Assembly: GCF_000400465.1 (NCBI RefSeq)
Contig: NW_008806277.1
Location: 144,001 to 206,000, forward strand
Source: Wallemia ichthyophaga EXF-994
Taxonomy: Eukaryota; Fungi; Basidiomycota
Direction of reading: 5' to 3'
DNA length: 62,000 nt
Position numbers and translations under genes: made by a program. Below are positions 46,061 to 59,370 of the stretch, one piece after another; within the stretch, counting starts at the first letter, position 1; each line of letters begins with the position of its first letter. The notes below the pieces were generated by a model, which was given only the letters and a program-made list of their open reading frames with translations, was not told the origin of the DNA and ran no database searches.

Positions 46061-48413
46061 CTACTTCTTTCCTTGCCTCACTGATAACTTTATCTGATCG
46101 CCATCATCGAGATTGTAACTCGCTATAGTTTTTGAATTGGATAAAGTTATGTTTCCAAAATCTAACTTCATTCTACCAATCGGTGGCCCGCGTTTGCCCG
46201 CTCCATTCTTGTCCTCCAATGCCTCAGATATGTGCTCACGTATCACACCGCTCATTGCTGTCAGTGGAGTTGGAGATAGCTGAACAATCGATCCATCTAG
46301 TCCCCATTCTGAGTTGCTTTGATCCAGCGGAAGTTGGACTTTTAGTGTTACTTGACCTGCTGGATGATAATCCATCCACCTATGGATTGCTCATCAATAA
46401 GAGACACTAACAACAGAAAGTCAACATACTCATCCTCGGTATAATACTGTCCTTCTGGTAGCTTTTGCACTTTAGCGCGCTTAGATTTAACTGCAAATGG
46501 TTCCATTTCAGCTTCATCAGCCGTCCGCACATTGCCAGAATGTGGCATATGAAATTTGGGAACAGAAGGTCCCGATGGTGCTGCTGACATTGTTGCACCC
46601 GATGGATCGTACATGTTTCCATATGAGTTGATTTGCGGACCAGCTGTTGTGGCTTGTGGCGCTTGACTGCTGAGCTGTTAGAAATTTCAACGTTTAATCG
46701 AGACAACCCACTTTATTCCGAGCGTCTGGTTAATTCTTTCAGCTTGGACCTCTGAGTCCGCTTGCGCTTGGTAGCGTTGTGATATACTGTCAGCACTAGC
46801 CGTGTGACCATCCCAGACTCCAGCCTCTTTCCTTCTCTTGACATCTTGAGCTGCTGCTTCAGCCTCCTTCCTTCTAAGCTCGGCTTTCTCTCTATCTTGT
46901 CCGAATATATCTGTACGCCCTTGCGCAAGATTCTTGAGTGAGGAAGCAACGTCTGCACCTTGCTGCAATAGCACTGAAGCTTGACGCCTGCTTTCTGCAT
47001 ACTCCTTCTTCTCTTGCCACTTTGGATCTAAAAGCTCTATACGCAAGTGATTGGCGAATTCCTCGTTCGGCACAAGTGCACCGGAGATTGGTGAGCGTGA
47101 GAAGCCTTGCGGTATCTGTTGCTGTTGCTTTTGTGCTGAAGAAGAAGTAAGTATGTTATAATGGTGTAACAAATACACTCACACTTTGGTACATAATTGG
47201 TCTTGATCTTCATTCCCTCTGGTGCAATTGGAGCTTGAGCAGTCGGTTGTGGAGTATATTGTTGCGGTACATGTCCTTGTCCTTGCTGTGGTGCTGCTTC
47301 CATATTTACATCTTGTGTTGATGTGGATGGTTCGGTGATAATCTCTTCCTCGAGGAGGGACGTCATTCGCTTTTGTGCCATTGCAAGGTTCCTGACTTCC
47401 TTGATAGAGAGAGGAGCAGGCAATTCAAGGACGCTATCAGCTGGAGTGATCTCAATAGTCTCACAAACGACAAAGTCCTGCCAATCAATACTTTGAAATG
47501 CCGCTAAATTGAAATTAGCTCAAGTTGGGGCATATAAACGAGATAAAACCCACCTAACTCCTTTTCAGACTCCTGCTCACGCTTCTTCAAACCATCTCTC
47601 TTATAACTCTCCCATTCAGCACGTAAATTTGCGTTATCAACGAGCTGCTTCTTCTTTTCTGATAGGCTAAGCCTATCAAAGTCATCATCTAAAGGTGCAG
47701 AAGTACCCTTGATAACTTTCATGTACTGTTCAACATAATTGTTAAATAAACCGAATAGACTGTGATTTGGACGCAGGAAATCGAATTGAGGATTACGATT
47801 CTCACGACCACCAAGCATAGAAATAAAAGATTTCCCACGACGAGCAGTGAATAGTGCAGTGAGTCGTATAATATCCCTTAATGCACGTATTAGATTATGA
47901 TTTGATGGGTATCAGGCAGATGATACTCACAAATCAACAGCCAAAGCGTTGTCAGGAATATCAGCACTGAATTCATGCGCTAATGGTTCCTTTGGGATTG
48001 GCTTTGAAGGGTAAGTTGATGGCACTTGTGATATTGAAGGAGTGCTAGCTGCTGATCTACCAAAGGTATCTGAACGAATTTTAGCTCTCTGAATAGCCCT
48101 CCAGCTTCTTAGTTACCTTCTTTATCTCCTGCCTTTACTCTGTCGCACTTCCATTTGTAATAACCGTGATAAGCGTCTGCTGAGTTCAAAAATGCAAATT
48201 TCGCGTTAGATCTTTCTTTCTCTCTAATCTTCTCTTCCAAAAGAGCACCGTGTGGGGAATTTGCGACGTAATTTGCAGTTTTATCAACTATGCCTGGAGA
48301 AGGTGTGAGTGGATGGAGGTTGAGAGGCAATGAGGCGCACTTCTAATATCTGGTGGTGGATATATCATTCCCTCGGGCGGAGGAATTTTTGTAATTTGTG
48401 GATTGCCGTTCAT
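46061..48413 (-). CDS. PRP21: Splicing factor 3A subunit 1 (Prp21)
   Basis: SURP1 (IYPPPDIR|GIVDKTANYV...FAFLN..D.YHGYY), SURP2 (NPQFDFLRPNHSLF), SPISG...HLRIELLDPKW and a C-terminal ubiquitin-like domain. Confidence 0.92.
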
Positions 48414-48540
48414 CTGTTGGTGGTGGTGGTGAGAGATGGCAAGAGAGATGGTAAGAGATGGAACACAAGGGGAAATAAATGATATAATTATTAATGCGAT
48501 AGTTACAAATATTCGAATACAATTAATTTTAGTCATTAAC

Positions 48541-50664
48541 TCAACACGCTGGCATCTTTGAAACATCAATCACTGCCAATCCTTCATTCTTTGTTCCAAA
48601 TATTATTCTGTTTCCTTCAGGTGCTTGCCATCTTAGATCATATAAGCCATTGCTAGTTATCCAATCTTTCTGTATTTGACCTGTGATTGATTGCCATAAC
48701 GTTATTCTACCATCTGCTCCTCCCACTGCTAACATACGTCCATCCGGGCTGAAATCCGCAGTGAAAACGTGATTCTTTGAGTGTTTACACTTCCAAATTA
48801 ATTCTCCTGATTCTGCATTCCAAAGTCGTACATGTCCATCCATTCCACCTGATAGCAGTAATGGCTTATCTAAGAAGTTGGATTGTGGTGCCCATATTAG
48901 GCATCCTATTTCACGTTCATGTCCCCGCATAACTCTTATGCAATCTGCATCTGGCTGCGGTCTACGATCGTATGGTTCTTCTTTGCTAAACTTCCACACC
49001 CTGATCGTTGCATCATCAGAACCTGAAGCTAGATACTCTCCCGATGGATCCCATCTGACTTGATTTACTTCACGAGTATGCCCATAAAGTGCTTTTATTG
49101 GTTCCGGATCGCCACATTTGAAAACGTAGATGATTCTGTCACCACCAGCGCTATTCCACGTTAACGACGCTTCAATTTTAAGAAACTCACTCACGTTGCT
49201 AATATATCGTTGTCAAGCCAGTCGGCATCAAGTATCGAACCCATGTGGTATTGCCATTGGTGTTCAATATCAAATGTTTGGATGTCCCATACTATCGTGC
49301 GTTTGTCCAATCCAGCACTGGTATATGATATAAGCTTTTATAGGCCATAAATTTGTCAACTTACGTTAAAGCTCGAGTTCCGTCTTTATTAAACTTGACT
49401 GAGAATACTGGGCCTTTGTGCACGCGTTTTTCCATAAGAATATCACCGTTTCTGGTCCATATCCATACGCTACCGTCGTATGCACCAGTCATAATCATTT
49501 CACCGTCCGACTATATGTTGTTAGAATAAACTCAATTTGAAACCGATAACTCACACTCCATGCAATAGTTGTAATATCACGACCATCACCCTTACGAGGT
49601 GGTCCCTTTAACTGCGAACAGTCGATAACTTCAAGGGTCTTTCCCTTCATCTCTCTTCCAACTGCTGGTAGAGTCCATATTTTGAGAATACCGTCAGCAC
49701 CGCTAAATAAAATTAGATCATGATCTGCAATTAAACGTTACTCACCTGCTTGCAGAGACATTGCTATATTTTGGATTAAAAGCTGTTGCGTAAACCTGGA
49801 CTGATTAGATTGATTGTGGTAATAAAGTGATAAACACACATTGCCCATGTGACCCTCCAACCAAATAGCTTCCGCTTTTGTAAGTTTCTTCATCTGTTCA
49901 CGTGGTGCTTCACCTGGTTTAAATTTAGGCTTTGGTGGGGTAGGAACAGGGCCATTGTTAGATGATCTAACTTTGACCTTGTTAACATCTCTAGCTGTTC
50001 TTCTGTATTTGTCATTAGCTTTTTCGGTATCCATTGATGCAGAAGAATCATCGTCAGCTTCATCGGAAGAGTCAGCATGTTTTCTCTTTGAGTTGGCAAT
50101 TTGAGTAGAAGGGTCAACTATAATTTGAGCGTTTGCAGGTCTATCACTAGCCATAGGAGCAATGAGTGCAGGTGGAGGAGGTTGAGGGATTGAAGCATCT
50201 GCAATTGAAAAGTCTTGAACGTCGACATCCTTGAGAAGCCTGAGAGGTCTTTCATAAGGAACAATGGTGCCATCCTATTGTTTGAAAATAAAGTGAAAAT
50301 TTGCAAGACTATGGTTAGTAACGATAGCGAGAAAGAAAAGGCGAAACTAACGGTACGAACAGATCTTTCAATTTCATCGTATAATAAACCTTTTTGAAGG
50401 TATTTAATAAGTAAACCACGTTCCAAAGGGCCATTAGGTTTAGTGAGGGGTAGACTAGCTTCGGTATTGAGGGTGAAAGCTGTGTGATTAAAGCCTTAAA
50501 GCCTGTTAAATAATAAATATTTAAAAGAACTAAAATTTACCAGAATCCTGCAAGTAAGATAATATTAAAAGGTTCATCTCTTGTGAGGAAATTGCAGGTG
50601 CTCTAAGTGAATCCTTTTGATTTGAGTAGGTGGGTGGTAGATCACCATTGAAATTAGAATCCAT
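48541..50664 (-). CDS. SIF2: LisH + WD40 protein of the TBL1/Sif2 family (Set3C/HDAC corepressor)
   Basis: N-terminal ISSQEMNLLILSYLQDS|GFNHTAFTL..LIKYLQKGLLY, followed by C-terminal WD40 repeats (GHTREVNQVRWDPSGEYLASGSDD). Confidence 0.82.
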
Positions 50665-51144
50665 TCTTATATTTTATCGATTTTTGTATTTTATTTTAAA
50701 CTTAAATTGATCAAGTTGATGATGATGATGTATAAGAATCTCTCCCGGTGAATCTATGCTAAAATTTTCACTTAGTTTCTTTAGTTCAAATTACTAAAAA
50801 ATATACAATATTCTAAACGCCATAGCTCATCTTTGACCCTTGCATATTACCAAAAAAAAAACTTCATAAATTATCAATCACTTAAACGCGTTGATAAAGG
50901 TGTAGATATGATAAATTAATGTAATTCTTACCAATGATGAATTTATCTTACGCAAATTTACAACATTGAGGGTCAGACATATATCGGCATGTACGACAGT
51001 TACGTGCGAGTATTTGTTTATCTAGCAAAATACCAAGCAGGTCTATAAAATTCTAAGGAAAAATGTTTATTGTGTTTAAATTTTGTAAACCAATCTAAAT
51101 ACTGGTTTTAGCATGTTAAATATCACCATCATATTTATACCCAA

Positions 51145-53017
51145 ATGGAAAGGCGTACAAGGCTGCAGAATTCTAATACTATCAACTTAAACGCGGAGGA
51201 CGTCGAAGCTGTAATATCTCATGGCACACACGAGCAGATTACGGCTTGTCTGCGTGTACTCCTTGAGAATAGAGATACCGTGAGCTATACTTTGATTTAC
51301 TGCAAAATCTAACAACCAATCACAGACTATCACTGATAACAAAGACTTGAATGATCAATTATCAGATTATCAATACCAACTCGATACCAGTACCCAAGCT
51401 TTTGTTCAGTCTCAATCACAGCTGAATGATGCTCTCGCCGATCAAGCTGCTATCGAAGAAGATGCGCTTTCTAGACAAGTTCAACTAGAACTTTTATCTT
51501 CAAAAGTTGAAGCTTTTCAGCGTAAAGAGAATGAACTGCACAGGTCTCATCAGATTCAACTTGATAAGTTCGATAACGATAGAAAGTCTTGGTTTGAATT
51601 GGAGTCTGGCCTTCGAGGTAAAGTTACTTCCCTCAGTGCTAAAATTCTGGCTGCAAATAGAAGCGCCAAATATGATGCTACTCCCCCAACTTCCCCTTCT
51701 AGTCCTAATTCTTCCAATTCCGCTCCTATTATCAAGTCTATGAGTATTGAGAGTGCTTCAGAGAGGTCTGCTAGAGAGGCTACTCTAGAAAAGCTTCAAC
51801 ACTCACTCGACATGGAGAAGCAAAGAAGATCTATCATTGAACGCAGCGAGCATTCCCTAAAGTTTGAGCTAGATCAATCAAAGCGCTCCGTTGAAGAACT
51901 AAGATCTGAGAACTCTAGTTACATGTTGCTTTTACAAGAGCGTACATTCTCCGGTGACCTCCTCGGCTCAAGTGTGTTCGACACGATGCGTGACTTTGAC
52001 GATACCGGTATTGCTGTCATAGCTGAAGAGCCAGAGAATGACTCTATTGATCACAGTGATGATGAAAATAGTGAGCAATTCACTCCGAATCGCAGAAGAG
52101 CCCGTAGACGCGGTCCTGTTGATTCACGCAGGAAGCCCCAGCCAAGCCAGTCACCTAAGCCACTCAGTGAAGAGAATGGTGGTAACATTGGTGTGAGTGA
52201 GATCTATTCTTTGTCAATTGTGCTGACTAATGCAGGTCACCGGCCCCGGATATGATCTCGCTGCGGAATTGGGTAGGGCCAAGCTCGATACAAGCGACAG
52301 AGAGGAAACTTTAGATTGTGAGTGTGTCATGCTGGAAAGGTCTCATCTAACACCCCTAAAGCCCTTAAGAATGACAATAAAACACTCAAAGAAGCGAACA
52401 AGGCGCTGACGACATATGTCTCAAAAATTATCGAAAAGATTATCAATCAAGAAGGTTTTGAACATATTCTTGCAAGTGACTACCGCGATCCTGAGCAACG
52501 TGAAAGTATCAGATTGAAGCGTTCTCAAACCATGTCATCTAGTGCGGGGAGATCTAGCTTAGGTGGAGTTTCGGATACATTACTCAACTCACGCAAGAAA
52601 ACTACGGATAGCAACACTTCGACTGTTCGTACTAGAACTCATCATAGGGGAAGTAATGATAAGCGGAAAAGTTTGTCCATAGATTGGTCAAACATAGGAG
52701 GATTCTTCAAAGGAAATCCAAATCCAAATGAAAGCACAGCGCAGAAGCTGCCAAAGCAGGAAGAAGATGAAGATGACCGTAAAGAAAGGGACAAAGTGCG
52801 AGCAACGATGAAAAAGATATCATCAGAATCATTAAAGACTGATGGTCAGTTCACAAGATTTGATAACGAAGGAAGGGCAGATGTAAGAACAAGATCAGGC
52901 TCCGTTGGTACTGGAGCATTAGCAAACTGGCGTAAGAAGAGAGCTGAACGTGCCGAACTTGTTTCAAAGAGTTCTGGTAGCGCTTTAACAGACATGACTA
53001 ACGGCAGCGCACAGTGA
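51145..53017 (+). CDS. Conserved fungal coiled-coil protein of unknown function
   Basis: Long heptad-rich ORFs 51347-52255 and 52322-53017 with LKEANKALTTYVSKIIEKII..EGFEHILA. First exon from ATG 51145. Confidence 0.75.
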
Positions 53018-53097
53018 GGATGAGATCACAATAAAAAGATAATTTGTATACCCATTGGATTCATTTAAATATAAACCTATCTTTATCAAGTACGGTG

Positions 53098-55214
53098 ATG
53101 TTGCGATCGACGTCGAGGCTGCTCAATGCCACACAAGGCGTATCTGGGAGGTATATTTGCACAAGTAGAATAGTAACTCAATTAAATCAGGATGAGGAGT
53201 TACAGAAGCTTTATCGGGACATTGAGCTCCATAATAATACATCCACAGATCTTTCCAATGTTATACATCCTGGGCTTTGGGAGAGTGAAGAAAGGATCGA
53301 GACTAACTCACCTGCTTACAAGTTTGGCAAGTACGGCGCTGGTCAGGTAGTCATCCCAGATTCAGTTGATAGCACCATGTCCGAAAGACTGGCGAATACT
53401 AATAAGGCTGAGCTAAGGCAGCAAACAAGGAGTATTTACAAGCTACTTGAAGTAAACAAGAACCTGTCTCCAAAGCAAATCCCAAGATTTATCGCATATA
53501 CACGTCCTGATCAGCCATTAGCATATGCATTGGCTATCGGACCTGGTGTTTATGCGGCTGTTTATAGCGTAATGAGGGAGATTCGAAGAAGAGCATCCAG
53601 TGAAATAGATGGTTGGCTTCCTCACAGGGTAATCGAGTTGGGTTCAGGTGCTGGAATATCTGCTTGGTGAGTCCATCTCATCCAATGAGATACAATCGAT
53701 TTATAAAGGCATACAGGGCAACTATGGATGCCTTCAAGTATGGCGGTAACTCTCACTCGATAGCGGCAGAAGATTTCCAAGATAATGATGAGACTGCAGT
53801 TGTGAATGGTAGTAACGCAGACGAACCTGAGCTTCATCCAGTGCAACAGTATGATGCATTTGACCCTAGCGAGATGATGAACGATTTCAATAGGCAGCTA
53901 TGGAAAGACGCTCAACGGAAGGCTCAGCTGAATGTCACAAGAAAGTTCATCTCATCTAGATTCAAATCAGAGGATCCAGTGGAGGTGAGTTGTTAGTATG
54001 CTGCATCGCAATCTACTAAATTAAGGCAGTCATCGAAAACCCTCGCCCTATCAACTTTCACGCTCTCAGAATTGGGTAATCCTGCAGACAGACGGGAGGT
54101 AATACACAGAATGTGGAAGTCAAATGCAGACATGATGGTAATAATAGATAGGGGAACGCGCGGAGGATATGAGCGTGTAATGGAAGCTCGCCAACAGCTA
54201 TTAGATCTCGGAGGCACATCTGAAACTTCAAGTCACGTATTGGCGCCATGTCCACACGATGGCAATTGCCCATTGCTCAATACCAAGGACTTCTGTCACT
54301 TCAGTCAACGCTTACAAAGACCTGCTTATCAGCGTTATATCAAGAAGGCCAAGTTGGGTACAGAAGACCAAAAGTACTCGTATGTTGTGGTTAGACGAGG
54401 TCAGAGACCATCGTCAGAGAGCAGTAAAGCACTTAATCAATTGTCAAAGTACAGTCCAAGCGAGTTGATAAAGTTGCAGAAACTGGAAGCACGCAAGAAT
54501 CTTGAAGTTGTTGGTGAGATTGAGAATGTTAATGAGATGATGATGTCGACAGCGGAATCTACACCAAATCCAGAATTGTTGGACAGCTCGTCAACACCAA
54601 TAGTAGAAACAGCATCAAATGCTCAAATAGATACAGATGTTGCTCTGCAAGAAGACCTCACAAACAATCCTACATATGATAACAGAGATCTGCTATTAAA
54701 GGATAGTTTCAACTGGTCTAGAGTAATTTATCAGCCAATGAAACGTAAAGGACACGTGATATTCGACACATGCTCTCAAAGAGAACGTATAGAAAGATTC
54801 GTCATAACTAAGCGAGACGGCGATAGTGCTTATAGAGATTCTCGCAAAGCAAAATGGGGTGACTTATTTCCACACGATCCATCAGGCACTGTTCAAGTCA
54901 AGAATGGTGGCATAAAGCGTACAATGCCAACACTACCTGAAGGAGTAATTGATGAAAATCAACTGAAACCAGAACATAAAGATGCTGCATATACTGATGA
55001 TAATGGCAAAGTTGTTATAGATTCGTATGATCATGATCATGCTCACAATGAACGCACTCATAAGCGTAGAGTTAGAGGTATAGGATCAGCTAGGAAGTTG
55101 CGTAAAGGAAAGGGTGCACGTATGGCTGATTTGATGGAGAAGAAGATGGTGGATGAGCGATTGGAGGGTATAGCGAGAGACGCTACTGATGAGATTATGA
55201 GGAATCGTTACTGA
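53098..55214 (+). CDS. RSM22: Mitoribosome SSU assembly methyltransferase-like Rsm22 (METTL17)
   Basis: Presequence MLRSTSRLL, SAM motif VIELGSGAG, IIDRGTRGG, the Fe-S Cys motif APCPHDGNCPL..FCHFSQRLQRP, KRKGHVIFDTC and YRDSRKAKWGDLF. Confidence 0.92.
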
Positions 55215-55427
55215 TGGGTCTGAATTTCATACCAGTGTTTTTATAGCATTGCATTATTGTCTAATAATCACGCATTTACTCGAACTCAATGCGTATATAG
55301 TCGATTTACAAGATTATGAGAAATATGAATGATAATGCAACATAAGAATTAGTCGAAAATGATGGTAGAGTTCCAAGATGATAGGAAAAGTGAAAGGTTT
55401 TGTCTATAAATAAGATAAGAAGTAAAA

Positions 55428-57625
55428 TTATTCTTGTTTAATACCCAAGCCAATAAGTTCTTCCTTTGAATCAACGTTCTTCAAAGGTGGAAGAACGTTA
55501 TGAGATTCAGAGTTACTCTCATCGTATTCCTTGTTCTGACGCGGACCAGCTTCACCGCCACATAAGTCAAGAATAGACTGTCTCCTTGAAGCATTGGTAT
55601 CTGGTCTTTCTTCATACTCTTCATAATCTTCATCTTCCTCTTCAACTTCTTCACCGTCAGCTCTAGTGATTGCATCGAATTTGAAAACATTTGAAGCTTG
55701 CTGTGATTGATTAAATTGATTTTGATTCATAATCGATGATGATTCGTTGTTCGCAGAAGATAACGGTCTCAAAGCTTCAGAAGAAGACACTGGTCTTGAC
55801 GAACCGAATGGTACGTGAATACCAGCCGAAGAAGGTGGTGGTAGATATGGAACGCTATCATTGAAACCTACATTACTCTTCCTTGATGATCTAGGTCTGA
55901 TTGAATATTCATCCCATGTTGTACCACCATTATTGTTACTTTGTTGAGCAGGCTCAGATTGGTTTGGTTGATTATCTGATGGTGGTTGATAACCAAACAT
56001 TCCATTGGATTGGAAGCTATTCTTGCGGAAGGGTAGTGGTTGAAGGTTTGAAGGAATTTGATAAGTTGGATCAAAGTAGCTAGTTGCAGTAAAGTACTCA
56101 GAAGTAGATGGCCTATGACCTTGGCTGGAATGTGGCTTATAGGTTGTAGTTTGAGTTGGAGATGGTAACAGGGGAGCCTGATAGATTTCTTGCTGCTGTT
56201 GTTGTTGTTGCTGTTGCATTTGATGATGATGTTGCAGTTGATGTTGACGCTGCAATTGCTGTTGATGATGCATTTGTTGATGCTGGTGCTGTTCAACAAC
56301 TGAAGCTATTGAAGGAAGCCTTCCTGCTTCTTGTGTACTTTGAATACTTTCAGGGGTATCTCTAACTAAAGGAATCGGGGTAGAAGTTGGCGTTGGTCTC
56401 AAAGCATGAGGAATAGCAGGAGTTTGATTATGCGGTGACCATTCTTCTAAAACAGGCGGAGCAGCGGAAGAAGCTGAAGTTGAAGAATTTGAAGGATGAG
56501 CATCCATTATTGGAGCTGAAGATGAAGCATAAGCTGTGTGTGGATGTGATTTTGTAGGCATTGAAGCTGAATGCAACATTGGATGAGACTGATGAGGTTG
56601 TTGAATTGAGGCAGCAGGAGAAGGAATTAGCGGTTGAGCACTTTGAGGTTGATACATATTAGATGACCAATTGAAACCGTTCCCTTGTAGAACTATATGT
56701 TGATTTGGGAAAGTTGGACGGTGTTGAATGTGATCAGTTGGTGGAGTGTGTGTCATATGAGCTTGTGGTAGAGGAGGTTGAGCAGAGGTAGTTGGTATAG
56801 GAGAGCTACTTGGCGTTGAAGACATCGTTGCTAGTTTCTTAGTTGTTTGACGCTTTCTACCTCTTTGAGATTCAGTTGGAACGGCGGAGCCATCACGACG
56901 ATCAACGACTTGAGCATCAGCAACTTGCTTTTCTGAAGCGTTTGCAGCAAGTTGGGAATGTAAGTTAGACATTCCCTTTAATAAGCTATCATTCATTTCT
57001 GGTTGATCAGCGTGTACCTGTGCCTTGAATCAGGATACGTAACTGTAAAGAGAAAGTGTGTACCTACAGTGCCTGCGTGTTGTCGAAGGTTATCTAATCT
57101 AGAAAATGCTTTACCGCAATGGCATTTCTAAAAAATTTAGTTAGTAATTCGACTTCCTTTTTTTTTTAAAAAAAAAAGAAATATAGAACGTACGAATGGG
57201 CGTTCACCCGTGTGCTTTCTAACGTGTCTAGCCAAGTGTTCAGAGCGAGTGAATTGCATACTGCAGTTACCATAACCAGTACATTGGAATAATTTTGAAG
57301 GCTGGCTGCGAGGTTTGCGCTGTGGACCCACGTGATTTGTATCAGCTTTTCGTCTGCGACCTTGAGCCTTTGGAGGGGAAGGATCTTGAAGGGGTTCTTG
57401 GATAGAAAGTGGAGGTTGTGAGGGTTGTTGTAATGGTGGTGTTTGGTGGTTAATGAGTTGTTGGGTTTGTTGGGGTTGTGGAGGTTGTGGAGGTTGTTGT
57501 GCACGTTGAGCTTGTTGCTGTTGTTGCTGTTGTTGAGCTTCAAATTGCTGCGGGTTATAATAGAAAGGATGCTGCTGATTATCTACGTAGTATCCCCTAG
57601 GATAATACTGGAACTGATGATTCAT
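55428..57625 (-). CDS. C2H2 zinc-finger transcription factor of the Usv1/Rgm1 (NsdC-like) family with polyQ tracts
   Basis: [32 protein letters not shown], then a spliced second finger [16 protein letters not shown], followed by a long Q/S/P-rich region. Confidence 0.85.
56190..56290 (-). repeat. (CAA/CAT)n polyQ/H coding microsatellite in the zinc-finger gene; a second tract lies at about 57500-57540
   Basis: gttgttgttgttgctgttgcatttgatgatgatg... encodes [35 protein letters not shown]. Confidence 0.8.
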
Positions 57626-58041
57626 TGTACTTTGTTTAATGAAATTCCTTTATAGAAGCTAAAGCTTTTAAATTTCAAGTCAAATTCAATAATTTACTGC
57701 TAAATAAGCAAATACAGGTTGTGCCTGCCTTTATTGCTTATGGTTGAACAGAAAGAATGGCTGACCTGAGTTAGTTACCCAAGGTACATAAAAAATGATT
57801 AGAAATTTATTGTTATGTGTTAGTATTTATGAAGAGTAGGTGTCGCTTCTTATTCATATCTATTCTTAAAAACTTTATTCTTCATTCGTCCAACTCTCAG
57901 CCAATCAGCTCAATTGTTCAGGACACAAGGGCGATTCAAAGTTAGCCACTCTTGAGTACATATTTAATCATATCCACCTGTGATAATACAATTTATTAAT
58001 TCAATAAGCATAAAACTCATTTTAGCTTATGGTCGAACGAA

Positions 58042-58968
58042 TTATAACTTCAAGTCATTGAGAATGTTGATCAAATCATTATTACCACCTAGCTTAATAA
58101 TCTCATCAATTGCTTGCTGATGAAGGTGGTTTATAACAGATAAAGTAAAATCAGCAGATTTAGTTTTGGTATTGAGGTAGTTGATAAGGTATAGCTTTAA
58201 ATCATCATCTTTAGTGCGTTGTTTGAGTATATTTATAATTTGATTAGATTTATTATCTGTTAGAATTCCATGTATTATGGGATAACTGAACTTTCCTTCA
58301 GATATATCTTCAGCGAATCCTTTGTTCTTGGTGTAAGATGATTCGAATAGGTTGCAATAATCATCACGTATTTGAAACAGAACACCAATAATGTTAATCA
58401 AAGGGATTAGATTGAGATTTGATGGAGATTTTGATAACATCAATCTCACTGCGAGTCTTAGTAAACCACCAGTTTTATTATTAACCATTTCCAAGTATTC
58501 CTTTGTAGATGGGCAAATGTGATTATCTCTAAAGTATAGATCCATACCTTGACCTCTGTGTAAATTGATAAGTTCTTGATTAACGATATTGATCAGATTG
58601 AAATCTTCAAGGGAGTGTAAATCGGAGAGTGCTTGGAAGTAGATGTAGTTTGCGGTATTAATTGTGGAAGGTATGCCATATATTCTATGAGCAACAGGTA
58701 AACCTCTCCTCTTATCGGAGTCATCTTCAATGTCATCAATCAATAGACTAGCGTTGTGAAGCTTATCAATGACATTTGTGATAATTGAAAGATGAGTCTT
58801 ATCCAAATTTAACCAAATATTGAAAGCATCTATCAATTTCAATCTAAATTGTTTGCCTTGATTGCTATTTAAATAAACAAAAGGCTCTAAAAGCTTATTC
58901 TCATTATGTCTACTCCAATTAAAGTCTAAATTTTTATTCAAATTATCAAATTCGTGCAAATTGACCAT
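58042..58968 (-). CDS. BTS1: Geranylgeranyl diphosphate synthase, intronless and very AT-rich
   Basis: Motifs GKQFR, FARM LLIDDIEDDSDKRRG, LHRGQGMD, KTGGL, SARM FQIRDDYCNL and EDISEGKFS. Confidence 0.95.
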   Translation of the reverse strand: MVNLHEFDNLNKNLDFNWSRHNENKLLEPFVYLNSNQGKQFRLKLIDAFNIWLNLDKTHLSIITNVIDKLHNASLLIDDIEDDSDKRRGLPVAHRIYGIPSTINTANYIYFQALSDLHSLEDFNLINIVNQELINLHRGQGMDLYFRDNHICPSTKEYLEMVNNKTGGLLRLAVRLMLSKSPSNLNLIPLINIIGVLFQIRDDYCNLFESSYTKNKGFAEDISEGKFSYPIIHGILTDNKSNQIINILKQRTKDDDLKLYLINYLNTKTKSADFTLSVINHLHQQAIDEIIKLGGNNDLINILNDLKL

Positions 58969-58987
58969 AACCTTGGTTGTAAATACA

Positions 58988-59339
58988 ATGAGTGGATTGA
59001 GATTGTTAATAGAAAAGAGATCCACAATATTTAATCAAAATTTAAACCCTTTGAATATTAGGAATGGCTTCAAGTACCTCAATAAAAGATTGATTGGTCC
59101 AAAGGCCTTGGAGTATTACCCACCTGCGATTGATATTAGATTATTCAAGCAACTCAACAATCTTCCTTCTACTTTCGTTACAAATAAAGAGAAGCAGAGA
59201 TTGTTAGACGTTGATGCAAGGAAGAGAAGGGGTAAATCTCCACCAAAGAAGGGTGAGTGGGCTATTATCTAGCGTAACCATGTCTAACAGTAATTGCACT
59301 ACAGGACAAGGCAGAAGATCAAGTATGAAGAAGAAGTAA
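58988..59339 (+). CDS. RSM27: Mitochondrial ribosomal protein mS33
   Basis: IFNQNLNPLNIRNGFKYLNKRLIGPKALEYYP..RKRRGKSPPKKG|QGRRS. Confidence 0.9.
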
Positions 59340-59370
59340 TTATAACATTAAATTAATATCTTATCTTAGC

